Assembly: GCF_009914755.1 (NCBI RefSeq) | Contig: NC_060927.1 | Strand: one strand, 5' to 3' | Length of the DNA: 64,000 bases | Origin: the human T2T-CHM13v2.0 reference genome, Homo sapiens | Shown here: piece after piece, positions 27,599 to 41,018 of the stretch | Numbering within the stretch: position 1 is the first letter of the stretch | Layout of the letters: each line of letters opens with the position of its first letter | The notes under the pieces: model-generated | Database searches by the model: none | Told to the model about the DNA's origin: nothing | Seen by the model: the letters and a program-made list of their open reading frames with translations, nothing else | Position numbers and translations under genes: made by a program

Positions 27599-27684
27599 CT
27601 GAAGAACATTTTATATTCTGTTTCAGAAACTTGTTAATACCTTGCTTATTAATTAGAAAATAGTGTGGGTGCCTTGTATTCGGG
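27599..27684 (-). pseudogene. Fossil exon
   Basis: ctctttcctag|, cag|gtgcaa; 86 nt, phase 2-1, open: PNTRHPHYFLINKQGINKFLKQNIKCSS. Confidence 0.75.
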
Positions 27685-28142
27685 CTAGGAAAGAGACTCC
27701 CATTGCCCCGAGTCTCCACTAAAACAGAGCACAGAGCCAACCACCTTTAACATCCAAAAATGAGCCTCTTAGACATATCAAAGTAAGTCTAGCTGAGAGC
27801 TGTGTAGCAGACAGCCACAGGGCCCCATCATGATTAATGGTGTCAGTATGAAGTCCCATGTCTGTCATCTGGGTGCAATGTTTGTGATGATGGCATATTC
27901 CGCCTTTCAATTCTCACTTTCCTCTTAAGGAAGACTGCTCATTTTTATCCTCTGAGCATGTTCCTAACAAGACGGATGTACCATCACACATTTAAGGAGG
28001 AAGAAAAAAGGGCAACTGCAGGAGTTCAAGTAAAAAATGAAAGCTGAATCATTCTCAGTAATATCCCAAATTTATATCCCTTAGTATCACAAACTGAATT
28101 ACCTCTATAAACATTAGTTTAGAAAAACAACTTTTCACTTAC

Positions 28143-28327
28143 AGCTGCATGGTAAAGAACCACATCACCTCCATACAGGAAGGATCTTATTTTCAATCTA
28201 ATGTGCCAATGGCAGTTTCCAATAAGAAGAAGCAATTTGCCAGCCTTGCCAATTACAATTTGTCCTTGGCTGAAGATGACAGCAAAGTCTGTGCCTCTGG
28301 TTCATTGAAAACATCAGAAAGATATCC
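28143..28327 (-). pseudogene. Fossil exon
   Basis: tattag|, ct|gtaagt; 185 nt, phase 0-2; GYLSDVFNEPEAQTLLSSSAKDKL*LARLANCFFLLETAIGTLD*K*DPSCMEVMWFFTMQ. Confidence 0.75.
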
Positions 28328-28479
28328 CTAATACTCAGTCTGTTTCTCTGTGAAGTTAAGCATTAAGGAGGTGATTAAAATTCAGCTTAATTTTGGTACC
28401 AAATCAAAGGAAAGACATTGCTATCTGATGGTAGGAGAGGGTTTCAAAACTATCCAAAGCAGCAATGACATGTATTTAC

Positions 28480-28679
28480 ATTCCAAGCCCTGTGGATGAC
28501 ATTGAAGCTTGGTGCCTCCAGTTTCACCCTCGCCAGGAAGTGGCTGTTCTGTATCCCATGGATATAGGGCTAAAGGAGGTATCGACACTTACTGCACACA
28601 GATTGATTTAAACATGCAGCTCTTGCCTCACTTAATACCTCTTTTATTAAAAGATGACCCTTGGCCATGAAAGAAAGGT
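28480..28679 (-). pseudogene. Fossil exon
   Basis: atttcttcccag|, aat|gtaaat; 200 nt, phase 1-0; LSFMAKGHLLIKEVLSEARAACLNQSVCSKCRYLL*PYIHGIQNSHFLARVKLEAPSFNVIHRAWN. Confidence 0.75.
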
Positions 28680-29099
28680 CTGGGAAGAAATGGCTCTTAT
28701 TGTGACACTGGTTTTCTGTGTAATGATCAGAAAATTATTTTCCCTCATTTTGCCCAAGCTATAATGTTAAGACACATCAGAGAGTTGATTTGTGAGGTTG
28801 CTATGATGACAGAATCACATGAAAAAGCAGATTGGAGATATCTGCTGTGTTAATAGGCTTTTAAAGATAAGTAAACCGATGACACCCAAACAATTATCCA
28901 AGAAAACACTTTTGAAGTTGGTCTGCCACTATTACATCAATGCAACACTGGATTATTAGTGTGAGGAAGTGGGAGACTTTGCTTGCTAATTAAAGGTAAT
29001 ACTTATGTCCTGACAATGATTTGATGCACAGGAAATTAAGCCTAAATTATCTCCTCTGGTTCAAGCATCAAATAAATGTTTTAGGGAGAGACATGATCT

Positions 29100-30630
29100 G
29101 GTGATTTATTTATTAATTCAATAACCCTTCATTGAATGTCAACTCCATGCCTGATTGGCTTCACTAGAGGCACAAAGGTGAGTAAAACTGGGCTCCTGCC
29201 TCAAAGGACTTGCAGAAGACTGAAGGGGGCACACCTGCTCCTCAGCCCTGGCCACTACACTTGCCCTCACTTGGAGGCTCACACTCTTCATGAGCTGCCT
29301 GCCCACTTTCCATGCTGATCTCTGTGGGAACACACTCTACTCCATTTTTACCTAATTAACTCCTACTTATCATTCAGATTTTAGCTCTGTGCCTGGCACA
29401 TGGTATTTGCTCAATAATTATTATTGAATGAATGACTAAATGAACAAAACATCATAATACAATACAAGAAGTTCTCAGATACAGGAGGAAGCAAACAGCT
29501 CTTGGGCGCTGGGACCATGTTAAGGATATCAAGGAAGGCTTCACAAAGGGCATTTGAGCTCGTGGTATTTGAGATAGATTTTGAATGGAATTGAAGGGTA
29601 AATAAGGGCAACATGAAGAGAGGGTTACAAAGTGGTGAGAAAAAAGGAAAACTTATACTAAACAAAGGGAACATCATCTGCAAAGGCATGAAGGTATAAA
29701 TGAGAATGAAGTGTTGGACAAACAGCAAGTTTAGGGTGACTAAAACATAGAGCACATTGAGAACAGTTTAAACTGGAAAGTATGTATGAACTCTATGTTG
29801 AAGGCCTTAGATGCCATAGTTAAAAGTACTGATTTTTTTCCTAAGGTGATGGGAAGTCTTTGAAGGCTTATACATAGGTGTATCTATTGAGATTCAGAGG
29901 CAAAGTAAGTGAAAAACAGTAACCACTCTAGCTTAAGGAGAAAAAGAAGAATTTATTAAAGAATATTAAGTAGTTCAGAGACACTCTGGCAGAGACTGTG
30001 AGTCCAGACTTAGAGACTCCAGCAAAGACCACTGAGCACATACTCTAGCGGTCACATCAAGACCCTGGGCACTAGGCAGCAAAACCTCCACCAGTACTCT
30101 AAGAAAGCCATTCCTGTCACCCTCAACAGAAATGAATTCCACACAGCACCTCCTTCCTCCCATTGCTTTTTGTCTAATCATAGTCATGCTTATATTCTTC
30201 TGATTGGCCCAGGTCGTATGCCAGCACCATAGCTGCAAGGGAGACTGGAAAGTGAATTTCTAGCTTCTATCTAGGAAACCCTGATGTGAGAAATTCCAAG
30301 CACAGAAAAGGTATTTCAAAGAAGCTAAAAGGCTACAAATCATAGAAACTATCCACTGCCACATGGAAGATGCATAATCAAGTTGACATCATAAAAAGAT
30401 TCATTTGGTAGCATTATTGAAAATGGATTGGAGAAGAGGAGAGTTGGGAGACAAGGGGATCAATTTAGAAGGTTAGAGCAGGCAAAAGACGAAAAGAACA
30501 TAGACTTTAGTGCTGACTGTGGACACAGAAGAGTGAACACAGAACAAGGATATAAGATCTAGGAAGCAAGAACCTGGTCTGTCTTTTCACTTCTGGAACA
30601 ACAGCACATAGCAGGTGTTCAATAATTTTT
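29100..30630. mobile_element. L2 fragments with an MLT1 LTR (~29878-30362)
   Basis: L2 tail ctcaataa..tgaatgaatga; MLT1 tgattggccc..tagctgcaagggagactgg. Confidence 0.6.
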
Positions 30631-30631
30631 G

Positions 30632-31470
30632 CTTTTATTGTTAAAGAGTAATTTACATACAATAAAATTCACCTTGTTTGTGAATTTTGAAAATTGTATA
30701 TCATAATGTAACCACTACCACCATCAAGATATAGAACAGTTCCATCACCCCCTAAATTTCTTCATGTTGCCCTTTCATAGTCAATCTCACAACTCCAGCC
30801 CCTGGCAACCACATACACACAGTATGTAACCTTTCGAGTCTGGCTTCTTTCATTTATCATAGTGTGTTTGAAGTTCATCCTTATTGTGGTTGTATCAGTA
30901 CTGTGGTACATTTCTGTTTTTTCCTTAGTAATATTCCGTGGTACAAATATACCAGCATTTATCCAGGCCCCAGTGGAAAGATATTAGAGTTGTTTCTAGT
31001 TTGATGGAAAATAAATCATCCATATGTTTGTTCCAAAATAATTTTTATTTCATTTGGGCAAATACCTAAGAATAGAAGCACTGGGTCATATTATCAGCAT
31101 ATGATTAACTTAATAAGTCAATTATCAGCATATGATTAACTTAATAAGTTAATAAGTTACTGGAAACTGTTTTCCAAAAGCAATGTATTAGAGTTTAAGT
31201 TACTCTGCATCCTTTCATGTACTTGAGATTGTCATTTTTTAAAGTTATTCCAATAGGTATCCAGTAGTACCTCATTATGGTTTTAGTTTGCATAATAGGT
31301 ATCCAGCAGTACCTCATTATGGTTTTAGTTTGCATAATAGGTATCCAGCAGTACCTCATTATGGTTTTAGTCTGCATTTCCCTGAAGACTAGTCATGTTA
31401 AACATCTTTTCATATTCTTATTTATATTTGATTGATCTTTTTTGATAAGATGTTCAAATATCTTGCCGTA
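30632..31470 (-). mobile_element. Old L1M 3' region
   Basis: acatacaataaaattcacc..ccagcccctggcaaccac. Confidence 0.8.
31252..31377. repeat. 42-bp x3 tandem repeat
   Basis: aataggtatccag(t/c)agtacctcattatggttttagt(t/c)tgcat x3. Confidence 0.95.
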
Positions 31471-31996
31471 ACTGTTAAATAAATATTTGATGAATTTATA
31501 AGCAAACTTACACTAAAGATATTTAGAAAAATAAAGTTACCTCCACCTGAAATAATTGGACATTGCTAGGGAAAGGGAAAGGATGGAGTCGAGGAGCACA
31601 CCACACTTTTAAGTGAATATTGATTAAGAGAGTTTAGCCAAAGGATTTAGAAAGCATAACCAAAGATGGCTGTTCCTGAGCCTAATTAATTATTACAATT
31701 CAATAGTTTGCACCCAAACCTAAAATGCATAGAACTGGATAGCTTACTAATGCTTCCTAGAAATTTTCTGCATTTGTAAAAACAGATAAACTTCAATTAG
31801 TTTTTACCTCCTTCTTCTAAAATAAATAAGTCTTGATAGCCAATCCCATATCATTCACCAGGAAATGCTAGCAGTGGCTCAGTGTTTGCTCTACCAAAGA
31901 GTACTAAATAAAATATTCAATCACGAGAAAGAGAAATGTAAAACTGCAAGCTGTAGGCCCCAGAAGCTAATTAAATGGTTGGTCCTTTGTAATCAC

Positions 31997-32340
31997 CTTC
32001 TCTACAGTGAAGGAAGCTGAATAGCAAGGTCAAGAGATTAGACTTTGCTGCCTTCTGAGTCATTGAAGAACCACAGGATCTTGGACAGTAGGGAATAGCT
32101 AATAGCTGACGGAAGAAGAGTTGCTTTCTTTGCCTAGGACTTCCAGATTATAAAAATAACACTGTAGGTTGCATCTGAGCCAGGCCAGCACTCCACTGGG
32201 TCTCTTGCTGCAGCTGGGAATGACGATTGCTGCATGGCCAGAGCAGCTGACAGTCGAGGGAAGCTGGAGCCAAAGAGTAGACATGGGCCCGCCAGCATAT
32301 TTGGAAGCTTCATGAAAGATGAACTAATCTTGTTCTCCAT
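31997..32340 (-). pseudogene. Fossil exon
   Basis: 344 nt, phase 2-1, 2 stops, g|gtgatt; WRTRLVHLS*SFQICWRAHVYSL..SPRQRKQLFFRQLLAIPYCPRS..NLLTLLFSFLHCRE. Confidence 0.65.
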
Positions 32341-33152
32341 TTAAACAGTTATAGTAGAACAGTAGACATCAAGACAAATTGAAAGAAGAAAATAAAATAT
32401 GGAATACATATCATAGTGTTACTGTGAAGTAAAAACATTAGCTGAAAAAAAGTGCACTGTCCCTTGAATCAGCCCAAGCAATATTATGAAAAGGCCAGGC
32501 TAGGGGGTGTGAATTTTCTCCATCCTCTATTGAATCTTCCACTGGAGTAAAACAACAGTGTGGAGACCTCAAAGATCACTGATTTCAGCCCTCACTTCCT
32601 CAATAATATGTGTGATAGAAGGGTATAAGAGAGTTTATGACTCCCCCATGCACAGGAAATTATTTGGTAGCATTACAAGTTAGAACTTGGATCTGGTGAT
32701 TTGCCACTCAGTCACTCTGCCAAAAATGTCAGCGAGAAAGAATGCAGCCCCAGTATGGGGTCTGTAACTACACACTTCCAAAATTTTGTATAGGGTTTTT
32801 GATAAAGCCTTTGCTTTATCCTACCCCTTTCTCTGCTCTTAAAAAATAAATAAGTTACCAGAGAACTTACCATTTAATAATTTTTAAACACATGTTATAC
32901 TTAATATAAAAAAACACTCTATTTAATGTAAAGCTAAGAGGGATGAAAGAGAAGAAACAAAATTAATAGAAGAGAATTTCCATAGCATGGTCTTGTGGGA
33001 ATGGCTGTATCTGGAGTTAGGTGTTAGTCCATGAACTCGGGAAATACTCCTGGGGTTCTGTTTGTTACTAAAATGAACATGTTAATGCTTTCCTATTAGG
33101 GATGTTGTTGGCTTCTCCAGATCTCCAGGATTGTGCACATTCTAGGTCACAC

Positions 33153-33478
33153 TGTTGCAGGACTTTTCCTTAATTCAGTTAAAGATGGGGTGCTTTGTCC
33201 CACAGCCATGAAAATTCAGGCTCACAGACAATTTGAATGATGAGTGAGACAGGGTTTTATTGGGTGAAGAGGAAGAAAAGGGGGAAACAGGGACTCTTGC
33301 TAGGTCAGAGTCCCTTCTAGAGCACTTCACACCCACTGTTCAAATCCCAGGCTCCACACAGGAAGAGGAGGAGCCAGACTCCTCCCTACTACAAACATCG
33401 TAAACTTCATAAGGCTCCACCTCAGTGGGCAAGCTGGCTGGAGTTTCTCTGAGGACCCCCTCCCACCTGGCTGTCTCA
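33153..33478 (-). mobile_element. MER61-like ERV1 solo LTR
   Basis: tgttgcaggacttttcc...ctggctgtctca. Confidence 0.75.
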
Positions 33479-34153
33479 GTACTGCCTGGTCATAAAATCA
33501 GAAGCCACAGAAGAGAAATCTCCCTCTTCCTGGAGGACCTATTTAGTTCTGCATTAAATAATTTTAATTATTAATTTTGTATTCAAATAAAAACACAGAT
33601 AATAGAAAAGAATGCAAAATTTTAAGAAATTTAATGTAAATTACACGATTTTCAAAAAATTGAAGGTCGTGGCAAGTTCCTTTGCCTGTGCCTTCAAATA
33701 TATTTTCTCTACTTCACAAACACAAATGAAAACAAAACTCACACTCCTGAGAAGTGGCAGTTATTCAGTGAAAAGAGTTTTAGAAAGGAAACATTTTGCT
33801 TGTCTTTAATACAGTTTCTTTCTTTCCTCTGTCAAATTGTTTCTAAGGTGGGAAACTACATGTGCGTGCTTGACACAACTTGAAAACAATACAAAACAAC
33901 AAATCACAATTGCAAAATCATACAACACAAATGGAATCACAGTCCATAAGGGAGGCCATGAAAGAGAGAGTGCATGTGGTGGACATATTAAGCTGATATG
34001 CAGACCTGGTAAGTTTCCAAAATGTTCTGGGACTAAATCAGGGACAGGAATACACAGAGGGAAGCCCATACTTGGTCGAGGTTGGTTCACAGCAGAAATG
34101 ACAGTGTAAAGATCAATAACAGTCCCTTGTTACTGAGAGGGCACAGTTTTCAC

Positions 34154-34441
34154 ATTCAGAAGGGCTTGTCCCTGGACTACATAACTGCCCAGTTATTTTT
34201 CTTCGGTAAATCAAAGCTATCAATTACAGCCTCCTAGAGCAGCTACTCCAGCTGCTGTAGGATAGACAGGGCTGAAAAGGAAAATCATTGACTGTGCATA
34301 GCTCTTTCTGGACTTGTCTCCTGCCAGGGATGGTGTCAGACAAGTGCTGAAGGCACTGTTTGTTTCCTGCCCCAATGCTGAGCTCAGACAACAACCGAAT
34401 CCAGAGCCTGCCATTTATCACTTGACCACGTACATCTGAAC
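34154..34441 (-). pseudogene. Fossil exon (frameshift)
   Basis: tcttgcag|; SDVRGQVINGRLWIRLLSELSIG..QKELCTVNDFPFQPCL/ILQQLE*LL*EAVIDSFDLPKKNNWAVM. Confidence 0.7.
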
Positions 34442-34839
34442 CTGCAAGACCCTCGCACAGCCTTCACTGAGGTGTGAAAACTGACAGTTTCCTTCTCCTG
34501 CCACTGGTTCTGCAGTAATTAAAGCTTTTTTGCTATCGCACTCCTATTAGTCTCTTGGTTTTAAAGATGCTGCTAACACAGTTAAGTGTGTATTACCAAA
34601 CTCTGAATTAAAGTGCTTTTACAAGCCACAAGAAAACCAGATTAAGCTAGCAATTTTTATAAGAAAATGTCTTAGTAAAAGGTTTTTACAATGGCTTTTT
34701 GAGCAGAAGTTTGAATTATTTACAGACAGTAATGATTTTCAGAAATCATTTGTTCAGATAGTAACTATTGATTGCTACTTTGAGCTAGGCACTGTTCTAA
34801 CCTATACACTAACACTATTTGATAGTTGTGCACATGGAT

Positions 34840-36600
34840 TAAACTTAAAAGAATTGTTTAAAAGTAAATGATTAATACATGCTTGTAAAAAATAAGTTAA
34901 AAAATACTCGAGGACAAAATGAAAAGCAAATGCCTTTCCCATGACCACCATTCCCATCCTACTATTAATAATTTGTTAATTCTCCAGTCATTTTTCTCTC
35001 TGTGTACAATGTGTGTGTGTGTGTGTGTGTGTATTTAAATATAAACTGTTTAATAGTGTTTTTGCTTTTGAAAAAATGTCATAATGCGATAAATACAGTT
35101 CTTTGACATAACTTTTTAATTCAGTAATGTATTGTGGACATTCCTCCATGAATCATACATATCTTTTTTATTCTTTTAACAGCTATATAATGTCATACAA
35201 AATTAACCTACCTTATTTCCCCTATCAATGAATATTAAGTTTTTTTCCAACTTTTCCCCATTACAACAAGTTAGTTATCCATGAGCACCCTTGTATTTAT
35301 ATCCTTGTGTATTTGGGATCGCAATTCCTCATACCCCTGTCAGTATTGGAGATTACCAATCCTATTAAATTTTTGCCAGTCTAAATCTTTTTTAAATGCA
35401 TCAGTTAAGAAGTTTATTTTGTTTTTGATGTAAGAGATGGGGTCTCATTCTGTTGCTCTGGATGGAGTGCAGTGGCAGGTGTGCAAGTGTTCACTGCAAT
35501 CTTGAACTCCTGGACTCAAACAATCCTCCCATCTCAGCCGTAAGAAGCATTTTTAGTGTCTTCAATAACATTTCCCAGTCACTATGAAAATTGAACATTC
35601 TTTCATTTGCTGGCCATTTTCACATGTGTGTTCTACAAATTGCCAATCCATATCATGTTCTTGGCTCCTCCACGAGGCTGAGCTCCAAAACACAATGCTT
35701 TATCTTTTCATATTTGTTTGTAGAAGCTTTTCATAGAGATATCTGTACTTAGTCTTCCGTATATCTTTTGCAAGTCAGGTTTTTTTTTCCTATTTGTTTT
35801 CTTCTGTCTTCCATGTTGCATATTTCCAGTAAGACCTGTTCTCACTTGACTGTTCTTATTTAAAAGTGAAGCATTTAAATACAGATTTAAAACTCTGGGT
35901 GCAGAGATGGGACTTGCCAAACAGCGGACTTCATTGAGAGGTCTGATGGAAAACTGATTCTTCCTTGAGGGACCCCAACATATTATTATCTATAAGTCTT
36001 TTCCCTGAAAGTCCCCAGTTTTTGCAGAAAACAATCTGCTTCTGCCTGAGAGAATTGGTGAGGTGGAAGCTTTTCACAGATATTCTGGAAGGCTGTCAAG
36101 GGAAGTGAGCTTGGGATTTCACTTTTCAACATTCAGACTTTTAACTAATTCCTCTGTTTCATTATGCCCGCCTGTTCTCTAAGTTAAAAAGATCTCTGGT
36201 CAAATTTCCCCAGAGTATAAGTAAGCCCATCGTCCCCTGCTGGGAAGATGGCATTCACCTGGTTTCATAGAGTAGAGGTGGGGAGTGGGGGGTCTAACTA
36301 CCCCTAGAGCCTTTTAATCAAATGTCTCATCCCTTACTCTAGTGCTCTATGGTCCCTAGTGCCTCTATTCCTGAATCATTATGATGCTTTTTGATGAATG
36401 ACTGTGCTTGTCATGGATATCCAATTCCGAAAGTACTCCATTTTTGCAATTCTTCCAGCTGTCTGCTTTCCATCTTCTAAACTTATTAAAATCTCATGTC
36501 CACTATTGTTTCCTCTTTTGTTTTATTTGTCCTCATGGGTTTATGCTTTCAAATGTTTTTTTACTATTGCTTTAGTGGAATGAAGGATGGGAAAAAGATA
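34840..36600 (-). mobile_element. Old L1M with (TG)n (35010-35032) and Alu monomer (35418-35540)
   Basis: degraded L1 3' motifs; agatggggtctc..gaactcctggactcaa. Confidence 0.6.
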
Positions 36601-37085
36601 AAGTTCTGAGTCCAGTGGCTCCTGTCAGTCTTTCCTAAGACTTGTCTCAACTGCAGAGATTCCTGTGAGTGTCTGTCAAGCAGAAATCATCAGCAGTTCT
36701 CTTTTGGTTTATATATCACATTAACTTATGTGACAAATTTTCCTAAGTGATCCTTATAATTGGACAGAAAAATGTTGGGATCAATAGAAAAAGCCCTGAA
36801 CTAGAAATCAGGAAATAGGCTTCAGTCCTGATCCTGCTATGAATTAGCTCATTTTCATGGAGAAATCACTGCACCTCTTAGAGGTTCAGCTTGTTGTTGG
36901 TGGTGGTGGTGTTTTCATCAGTAAAATGAGAGGGTTTAACTGCAGGAGCACTAATGTTTGTTCCTTAATTTATAAAGTGATGGTTCTTTGAATGAAGATG
37001 TTGAGACTTGTAGCAGGATAATTCTGGATCATGGGGCATGTCTGAAAGATGGAAGTAACTCACAGAATGCTGCAGCCTAAGATGC

Positions 37086-37693
37086 TGAAGTGGCTATGCT
37101 GTCTGGGGTGTATACCAGGGGTTGGTAGTCTGGCACCAGGAAAATTTAGGACACGGACGCACACAAGGAATTTAGGAGCAGAGGTTTAATAGGCAGAAGA
37201 AAAGAGAAAGAAAAACAGCTCTCTCTCTATAGAGGGGTCTCCCGAGTGCAAAGACTGGCTGGTAGTAGATGTGCCGGATTTTATAGTCCAGCTTGAGATG
37301 ATGGTGTCTGATTTACATAGAGTCCACAGATTGGTTTGATCAGGTGTGACATTTACATAGTGTGTGGGGAAGGTTGGTCAACCCACCCTAATCTTATTAT
37401 GCAAATGAACTCTCTGTTTGGCCTGCACCATCTTATCTGCTCCTTACTGTGCAAGTGGCTGACAGAGAAGGGAAGATGGAGCCGCCATCTTGAGGATGTC
37501 TAGTCCCTAGTTGCTGGTGGCATTCATTCGTGCAAGCTCCTGGCTTGCTTGTATATGTCTGCAGGTCGACTTTACAGGCTGTTCTTTGTGAGAAAATTAT
37601 CTGGGGCTGCTTTTCATTAAAAAGAAAAGCCTTACTGAGGACTCCCATACTCTTACTATCTGCCTAAGTGATTGCTTCTTAACTCCTATACCA
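37086..37693 (-). mobile_element. MER51-like ERV1 solo LTR
   Basis: consensus match; 4-bp TSD atgc at 37082 and 37694. Confidence 0.85.
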
Positions 37694-38037
37694 ATGCCAC
37701 TTCATGAAGAGGCAACATAGTGCAGAAGAATTTGGAGATTTGGAATCAGAGACCCTGTGTTCAAATCCACAACACATAAATATATTTGAGTAACAGCTGT
37801 GTAACTCCAGAGAGCCTCATTTTTCTCACCTGTAAAATGTAATTTAAAACACTTATTTTACAGGATTTGTGCTTTTCTGTTTTTAGGGTGCTTTTGATCA
37901 TTGTAATCTGGAATTTTCTGTACAGACACTCTGAACAACTTTTCTGGAACACTCATGAAATGCATGATTCTCTCTGATGCATGATCTGATGCACAAGAAC
38001 CCAACATAACTCAGGGTGGGACTTGGCTATAAGGTAT

Positions 38038-40309
38038 TGATATGGTTTGACTGTGTCCCCACCCAAATCTCAACTTGAAATGTATCTCCCAAAATTTCCA
38101 CGTGTTGTGGGACGGACCCAGCAGGATGTAATTGAATCATAGGGGCTGGTCTTTCCCGTGCTATTCTTGTGTTAGTGAATAAGTCTCACGAGATCTGATG
38201 GGTTTATAAGGGGTTCCTGCTTTTGTTTCTCTCTCATTTTCTCTTGCCACTGACATATAAGAAGTGCCTTTCACCTCCTAACCTTGATTCTGAGGCCTCC
38301 CCAACCATGTGGAACTGTAAATCCAACCAAACCTCTTTTTCTTACCAGTCTCTGGTATGTCTCTATCAGTAGCATGAAAAAGGACTAATACAGTAAATTG
38401 GTACCAGCAGAGTGGGGCATTGCTGAAAAAATACCCGAAAATATGGAAGTGACTTTGGGTAACAGGCAGTGGTTGGAACAGTTTGGAGGTCTCAGAAGAA
38501 GACAGGAAAATGTGGGAAAGTTTGGAACTTCCTAGAGACTTGTTGAATGGCTTTGACAAAAATGCTGATAGTGATAGGAACAATAAGGTCCATGCTGAGG
38601 TGGTCACAGATGAGGAACTTGTTGGGAACTGGAACAAAGGTGACTCTTGTTATGTTTAGCAAAGAGACTGGCAGCATTTTGCCCCTGCCCTAGAGATTTG
38701 TGGAACTTTGAACTTGAAAGAGATGATTTAGGGTATCTGGTGGAAAAAAATTTCTAAGCAGCAAAGCGTTCAAGAGGTGACTTGGGTGCTGTTAAAGACA
38801 TTCAGTTTTATAAGGGAAGCAAAGGATAAATGTTTGGAAAATTTGCAGCCTGACTATGCGATAGAAAAGGAAAACCCATTTTCTGGGGAGAAATTCAAGC
38901 CAGCTGCAGAAATTTGCATAAGTAGCAAGGAGCCTAATGTTAATCTCCAAGACCATGGGGATTGTCTCCAGGTCATGTCAGAGACCTTCACAGCAGCCCC
39001 TCCCATCACAGGCCCAGAGGAAACAGGAGGAAAAAGTGGTTTCATGGGCTGGGTCCTGGGTCCCCGTGCTGTGTGCAGCCTAGGGACTTGGTGCCCTGTG
39101 TCCCAACAGCTCTAACCATGGCTGAAAGGGGCCAATGTACAGCTCAGGCTGTGGCTTTAGAGGGTGGAAGCCCCAAACCTTGGCAGCTTCCACGTGGTGT
39201 TGAGCCTGAGAGTGCACAGAAGTCAAGAATTGAGGTTTGGGAACCTCCACCTAGATTTCAGAAGATGTATGGAAATGCCTGGATGCCCAGGCAAAACTTT
39301 GCTGCAAGAGTGGGGACCTCATGGAGAACATCTGCTAGGGCAATGCAGAAGGGAAATGTGGGGTCAGAGCCCCCACACAGAACACCTACTGGGGCACTGC
39401 CTTGTGGAGCTGTGAGAAGAGGGCCACCATCCTTCAGACCCCAGAATGGTAGATCCACTGACAGCTTACACCATGTACCTGGAAAAGCCACAGACACTCA
39501 GTGCCAGCCTGTGAAAGCAGCCAGGAGGGAGGCTGTACCTTGCAAAGCCACAGGGGTGGAGCTGCCCAAAACCATGGGACCCCACCTCATGCGTCAGTGT
39601 GACCTGGATGTGAGACCTGGAGTCAAAAGATATCATTTTGAAGCTTTTAAATTTGACTGCCCAATGGATTTTGGACTTGCATGGGCCCTGTAACTCCTTT
39701 GTTTCGGCCAATTTCTCCCATTTGAAACAGCTGTATTTACCCAATACCTGCACCCCCATTATGTCTAGGAAATAACGAGCTTGTTTTTGATTTTACAGGC
39801 TCATAGGTGAAAGGGACTTGCCTTTTCTCAGATGAGACTTTGGACTATGAACTTTTGGGATTAATGTTGAAATGAGTTAAGACTTGGGGGACTGTTGGGA
39901 AGGCATGCTTGGTTTTGAAATGTGACGACAAGAGATTTGGAGGGGCCGGGGGTGGAATGATATGGTTTGGCTGTGTCCCCACCCAAATCTCAACTTGAAT
40001 TGTATCCCCAGAATTCCCACATGTTGTGGGAGGGACCCAGGGGGAGGTAACTGAATCATGGGGGCCAGTCTTTCCCGTGCTATTCTTGCGATAGTGAATA
40101 AGTCTCACAAGATCTGATGGGTTCATAAGGAGCTTCTGTTTTTGTTTCTCTCACATTTTCTCTTGCCACTGCCATGTAAGCAGTGTCTTTTGCCTCCAAC
40201 CATGATTCTGAGGCCTCCCCAACCATGTGGAACTGTAAGTTCAATTAAACCTCTTTTCTTCCCAGTCTTGGGAATGTCTTTATCAGCAACATGCAAACGG
40301 ACTAATACA
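38038..40309 (+). mobile_element. Full-length THE1 (LTR 38038-38392, internal, LTR 39958-40309)
   Basis: two LTRs, PBS-like gtaaattggtacca, polypurine tract, TSD ggtat at 38033 and 40310. Confidence 0.97.
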
Positions 40310-40941
40310 GGTATGCTAAAATTGTTTAAAATGTTTGTGTTGTGGGAAAATGTGGAGAGAGACTGCATATTGATGAGTCTGGAGCTAATATATTGCATTG
40401 GAACGTGGAGCTACCCTCTGAGGGTCGGCATCCAGTTTTGGTCAATCTGAGGGGTCTGCTATCAGCATTAAAAGGTCCAATTCAGTTGGCAGGGCACAAC
40501 CGCAGAGGTGCAGACAATGCATGAGCCTTGAAATCAGGCAGCAGAGGGTGCAAAGACTGTGAGTAGACTGAGCTATTCAGAGCAGAACCAGTCCTGCTCC
40601 AAATCTGGTGACTAGGGATTTAAAAAAGTCATCTCTGAAAAGAGAGACAAGACAGAAGGCCAAGTCTCAGCCAAGTGGGCTGAGGCTGTGAGGACAGCTT
40701 TGTGGTTACAGCAGGAACTTAGATATCCAACTTAAAAATATATACAGTACTGAGGCAGAGGAGCAGCTAGTCAGGATGCGCTCACATGGCTGGGTCAAGA
40801 AAACACCATGGCACGATATGCTTGCACATGTCCAGAGCTCCCATCAGTGGCCATGCAGCCAAAATTAAACCCAGCTTCCTTCTACTTCCATGTACAGTCT
40901 GCCTTACCCTAGAATGGTCCCAGAGTTGTACAAAGCTATAC

Positions 40942-41018
40942 CTGCAACGATCTCAGTTGAGCTAGGCTTGAGGAGACAAAATGCAGGCATAACCATTATA
41001 CCCACGTTGACTTTGCAG
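40942..41018 (-). pseudogene. Fossil exon
   Basis: 77 nt, phase 2-1, open, cag|gtatag; CKVNVGIMVMPAFCLLKPSSTEIVA. Confidence 0.7.

Noticed and set aside
31195-31377. Repeat peptide ORF or CRISPR-like periodicity
   Set aside because: Head-to-tail 42-bp repeat with no spacers, inside an L1 in a primate genome.
38962-39693. 243-aa ORF, the longest in the track
   Set aside because: It lies in the THE1 internal region and is the common residual MaLR internal frame, not a host gene.
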